From assembly GCA_024137785.1 (NCBI GenBank), contig JAHRHZ010000016.1, forward strand, positions 32,829,962 through 32,893,961: DNA of 64,000 nucleotides. Direction: 5' to 3'. Below the pieces are notes generated by a model that was given only the letters and a program-made list of their open reading frames with translations, was not told where the DNA came from and did no database searches. This DNA comes from Ginglymostoma cirratum (taxonomy: Eukaryota). Shown here one piece after another: positions 59,752 through 64,000 of the stretch. The translations under genes and the position numbers were made by a program. How positions within the stretch are numbered: the first letter of the stretch is position 1; every line of letters begins with the position of its first letter.

Positions 59752-60345
59752 TGATTGATTTATCATTCCACGTATCTTGTTACAAAATACAGTGAAAAGT
59801 GTTGCAGAGCGTCACGAATCTCCAGCACCATCTTAAAACTCAGAAAAATAAATGAAAACATAGAATATAAAGGCAGAAAAATGAAGAAATTAAAGAAGTG
59901 TCCAACTTTACCATCCTTCTGTGCCATTGCTGGAATGAAAGTCACCACTGTTTGGCACCATCTCATTCCCCCAATGTCCTTGCCACTGAGTCCTCCACTG
60001 GATCTCCCCAATGCAGATGCCACCCAATGCTGCCAGGTACTGAACTGGCCCAAAACCAACTCTGTTGTCGCCAAGAGTCTGCTTTGGGCCCACCTCACCA
60101 CCAGGAATTCAAAAATGCCTCCACAGCAGCCGCTATTAATCTGCACTGCTGGGCCTACTCAAGTCCGCACTGTTGGGTTTACTTGCCATTGCTGCCACTG
60201 CCAATGCCATTGCTGTGGTGGAGCCCTTCACTAAGAGGTAAGTAGAATAAAATAGAAGAGAAAATAAAAGAGAAGAGCGAGAAAAAAAGAACAAAAGAAA
60301 GGTGGATGAGCCCTGGGCTCTGAAGCCCTACTCCGTAACCATCTA
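59752..60345 (-). mobile_element. Non-autonomous element with a Rex1-type 3' tail
   Basis: The reverse complement ends CTTTTCACTGTATTTTGTAACAAGATACGTGGAATGATAAATCAATCAG, like the Rex1 tails at 26470-26515 and 54320-54370; no RT coding is visible. Confidence 0.55.
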
Positions 60346-61877
60346 CCAGAAGATCACCTCCCAGTGATTAATTATCATCCCAATATCCAAACTGATACAT
60401 CAAAATATTTATGAAGACTATTAATGTCCTTTAATGAAAAGAACAATGTATGATGCCACCACTTTAATAAATACAATAAATTCACTGACATTATTTTCCA
60501 AAGGTCATATGTGCTTCTTTGTTCTCCAAATCTCCAAGACTTGTTACATACTTTAATCTTCAAATCTAAACCATTTTAACATGACATTTCATTGAGTGAA
60601 ATATTTTTACCTCAAAACAGTCTCACATTTGTTAGCCCAAGTTCATACTAACCCGAGTCTTAAATAGAACCATAAACCCATGACTTTTCTTTTCACCTGG
60701 GCCACCTGGTTTTCTTCATATAGAAACTGTCGACAACCAACTCCAAGTAAACAAAACATAATTTAACTCCCCGCTTGCTTAGTCAAATCAACATTATGAA
60801 TCACTGAAAAATAATTCAACTCTACATGGATGCCAATTTTAATCTGCTAGTCTTGGTCTGAACTTATGCCATTCAGCACAGTGATATTGCCATACAACAG
60901 AACCAATGATTTGCTCACAGTCTCAATCTTTTGGAGTCATTGTGAGAATATGGTTCTTTATCACACCTGAGAACACATGGCAGTAATTTTAATCACCAGC
61001 AGTTTTCCAGGAGAAACCTCCTGGCTTCAAATAGATTCCCACGCCCACCACCCCTTTCTGCTGGGTTCATTAACGTGAGCAGCCAACTTCCGATTTGGAA
61101 TATGTGTCAAGTAGCCTGGAATAAATTGTCAGGTTTCAGGCAGCCTGTGGCCACCAGTCCTGGATGTAGGAGAAGTATCTCCAGGGAATCGACGTAAAGA
61201 AAGGAGTGAGGCCATCATAGTCCTTGTGGGGCCAAGAGGAGTACTCCAGCTGAAAGGTTCATTTCCTGCTCAGAAAATTGATGATGGCAAGCTTCAAAAA
61301 TTGAGGGGAAACATTGGTCAGCTTTTCAATTTCAACTTCTGGACCAATTAATTCCCATTGAGTGAGTCAAGCTAAGATTGACCTGAACCACTTATTCCAT
61401 TTCATTTACGTGGAGGTCTGAGCAAATCGGGTGCTCACGTTGCAATAGTAATCCTGTGGGCAGCTCAATAGAATACTTTCAGCAACCCAATGACCTACTG
61501 GGAGAACTGCTGCTATCTTGCTCCTGAATTGAGAAACAAGACTGTGTTTCCACAACAGTTTTAAGAATTGAAACCTCATCTTTGTATAGCTAGCCAGCAA
61601 TGGTGAGTGAGAGTTAATAACTTGTATTGTTTTCCATATCCAGTAGTGGCATTCTGTTTCACAGATGATGGGGGCTTCAAGCTCAACTTCAGTTAATTCA
61701 GGCAAGTGGAGACTCAAACATCAGCTTCTAATACTGAGTCGATTCACTCGGAGTACATTTTCATGCAAGGAATGTGCTTGTTGAATTCATAATAAGAAGC
61801 TTATTAAGGAAAAAATACTTTCTTAATACTGCAGACTAAACTACATTCTTGTGTATAATAATGTTGAAGTGTGTTTA

Positions 61878-62198
61878 TAGAATCCCTACAGTGTGGAAAC
61901 AGGCCATTTGACCCAACAAATCCACACCACCCTTTCAAAGGGCATCCCACCCAGACCCATTGCCCTGCACTTTCCCATGTCTAACCCACCTAACCTAAAC
62001 ACCCTGGGCACTACGGGCAATCCACCTACCCTGCACATCTTTGGACTGTGGGAGGAAACCAGAGCACTTGGAGTAAACCCACACAGACATGGGGAGAAGA
62101 TGCAAACTCCACACAAACAGTTGTCCAAGTGTGGAATTCAACCTGGGTCCCTGGTGCTGTGAGGCAGCAGTGCTGACCACTGAGCCACTGTGCTGCCC
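61878..62198 (-). mobile_element. HE1 SINE, full length
   Basis: Head GGGCAGCACAGTGGCTCAGTGGTCAGCACTGCTGCCTCACAG, V-domain and tail. Confidence 0.93.
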
Positions 62199-63689
62199 CT
62201 ATGTGTTAGTGATGAAAAATACATCTGATGTTGTTGTAACTAAACTTTGTTCTGATTGTTTTGAAATCCACATTTAACTACTTATAATCACTTTGTATGA
62301 TTGTTCTTTAAAATTCTTAATAAATGGACCCTTTTTCTTTGACAGTTAGTTACAGGCTAGGATATAATTGCTGGGTTGTATAGAAAAATAGATGCCTTTG
62401 AATGGGTTAGAATCCATTTAATAAACTTGATGATTTCCATATCAGTCAAATTATGTGAATAAATTATAGGGTCAGTTTACCAGATTACAGTGGTGGCTTC
62501 TTTTCAAGCCACTAGAGAGATTTGAGAGTCCTGGTCTTTTCTTTTTATTTTGTAAATTAAACACTGAATTTTTAGACAGTTTCAGTATTAGGTCAATTTC
62601 TACATCAGAACTTAATCCTGTGCACCCACCCATAAGTGGCTGGTGGCCAGTTAAAATAGCTAAATTGGTGAATTACCTTCTTCAATCCCACCGCCGTCCT
62701 TTCAGATAGATGCATCAGGACAGCCAGCAGAAGGCAGTGAGGTCCTCTTTAAATATGCAGATCAGGGTCTGATGACAACTCAAAAGCTGCATTGGCTTCC
62801 TATCAGGCCACCCTGAACATCCAAGGAGCCAGAGATGGAAAAGAAACAAAAAGTTAGGAAAATTATTTTTAAACATTGAATTAGGAGGAGCAGGAATGCT
62901 TCGGATTCGATCATAAAATCTTATAAAAGGAAAGTGGCACTGGTCTCTGCTTCTACCTTTACTTTCTACTATTTAAATGAACACCGGGGATATAGCCCCC
63001 AGGAGTCACTTCTTTGTTCCTGACATCCTGCTCCTGTCTGCTGATGAGCTACCACTTCCCACCAGGTTCACATGGGAGGGAGAAGGAGTCTTGGCTGATG
63101 AGACCTGGGAGTTAAAATACCTCAGGCATCATCACACTACAAAGTGAACTGTTGGCTATTCCCCTTAGCCCCGTCTGCACCAACCACACCATGGAATTAA
63201 CATCAGTGTCATAAAGTTCAGCAGCATATCTACCAATCCAAAAGGAATATCAGATTTATCAGAATTAATACATGGTTTCAATGATTCCCAGATTCACTTG
63301 CTGCACCAAGTCAGAATGAATAAATGAGCTTCACAGCAGCAAGTCTGCCTACCTAATTAGAACACTCTATACATTTCCGAACAATTCCCAGCACAGCTAT
63401 TCATTGTGGCTCAGAAACAAAGCTTGTCACCTACAGCCTGGCTATTTCCTTTGACTCAGCTCCCCTCTTCTCATCAATTCCTCAAAAGCAAGCAACTATA
63501 TTCAGGAAAATCTCCCAATAAAATCACTTAACAAATGTACCAAAATATTTAGCCAACCCAGATGTTAATTATATTGGAAATTATCTAACTGTACAAAATT
63601 AACTGTGCCCATCTGTTTTCATTAATATTTGCATGTTAGGTGACCTTCAGTCATGACCTACCCAAAAATGCAGATAACATCTGTTTACA

Positions 63690-63940
63690 AAAACTATCTG
63701 TGACACAAAGCTTGCTCCCTTGTCAATTAATGTTTCAGTTTCAAATGCAGGGATTGTTTCTATATTTAATTTCCTTCAATTAAATGTTGGGAAGAGTGTG
63801 GCCATTGTCTTTGGGCTCCATTATAAATTCCGCTTGGTAGCTACCTCCCTTCCTGCCAACTATCTGAGGCTGAAACAGTTTGTTTTCTACTTGACCCAAT
63901 ACTGAGCCTCTGATCCAACTCCCTTTCTTACAAAAAGTTC
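63690..63940 (+). mobile_element. L2-clade LINE remnant
   Basis: NFLQLNVGKSVAIVFG resembles the NFL.LN..KTE RT C-terminal motif. Confidence 0.5.
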
Positions 63941-64000
63941 ATTGTTCGTCATGCAGCAATCCAATCTAACATATTATGTGATTAAGGTCAAATTTTGGTC

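Noticed and set aside
59755-60245. Overlapping 115-159 aa ORFs with a Cys/His-rich end
   Set aside because: They come from a low-complexity TGCCA-rich tract inside a repeat and show no recognisable domain.

Overview
Repeat-dense eukaryotic DNA, almost certainly from an elasmobranch (shark), judged from HE1 V-SINEs, HER1/CR1 LINEs and Deu-domain SINEs. I could not identify any host exon, tRNA/rRNA gene or intact long ORF. The recognisable ORF-track entries are transposon fragments or SINE read-through. The window is a nested mosaic of CR1, Rex1/Babar and L2 LINEs, Penelope GIY-YIG retroelements, several SINE families, decayed Gypsy elements (including a Gmr1-type PR-IN-RT copy), Harbinger remnants and a decayed retrovirus-like pol. 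Three signals stand out. (1) Several 100-140 bp Penelope-derived insertions, three of them flanked by target-site duplications (TSDs), begin a few nt upstream of a minimal hammerhead-ribozyme core (CUGANGA..GAAA..UH), and some form fold-back hairpins with a core on each strand. (2) A retroviral-type pol (LPQG RT, Gypsy-like tether, second retroviral RNase H) resembles loki/spuma-like retroviruses. (3) Local rearrangement scars include an exact 64-bp templated copy and an old segmental duplication. All family names come from recalled motifs rather than database searches, and boundaries without a TSD are approximate.
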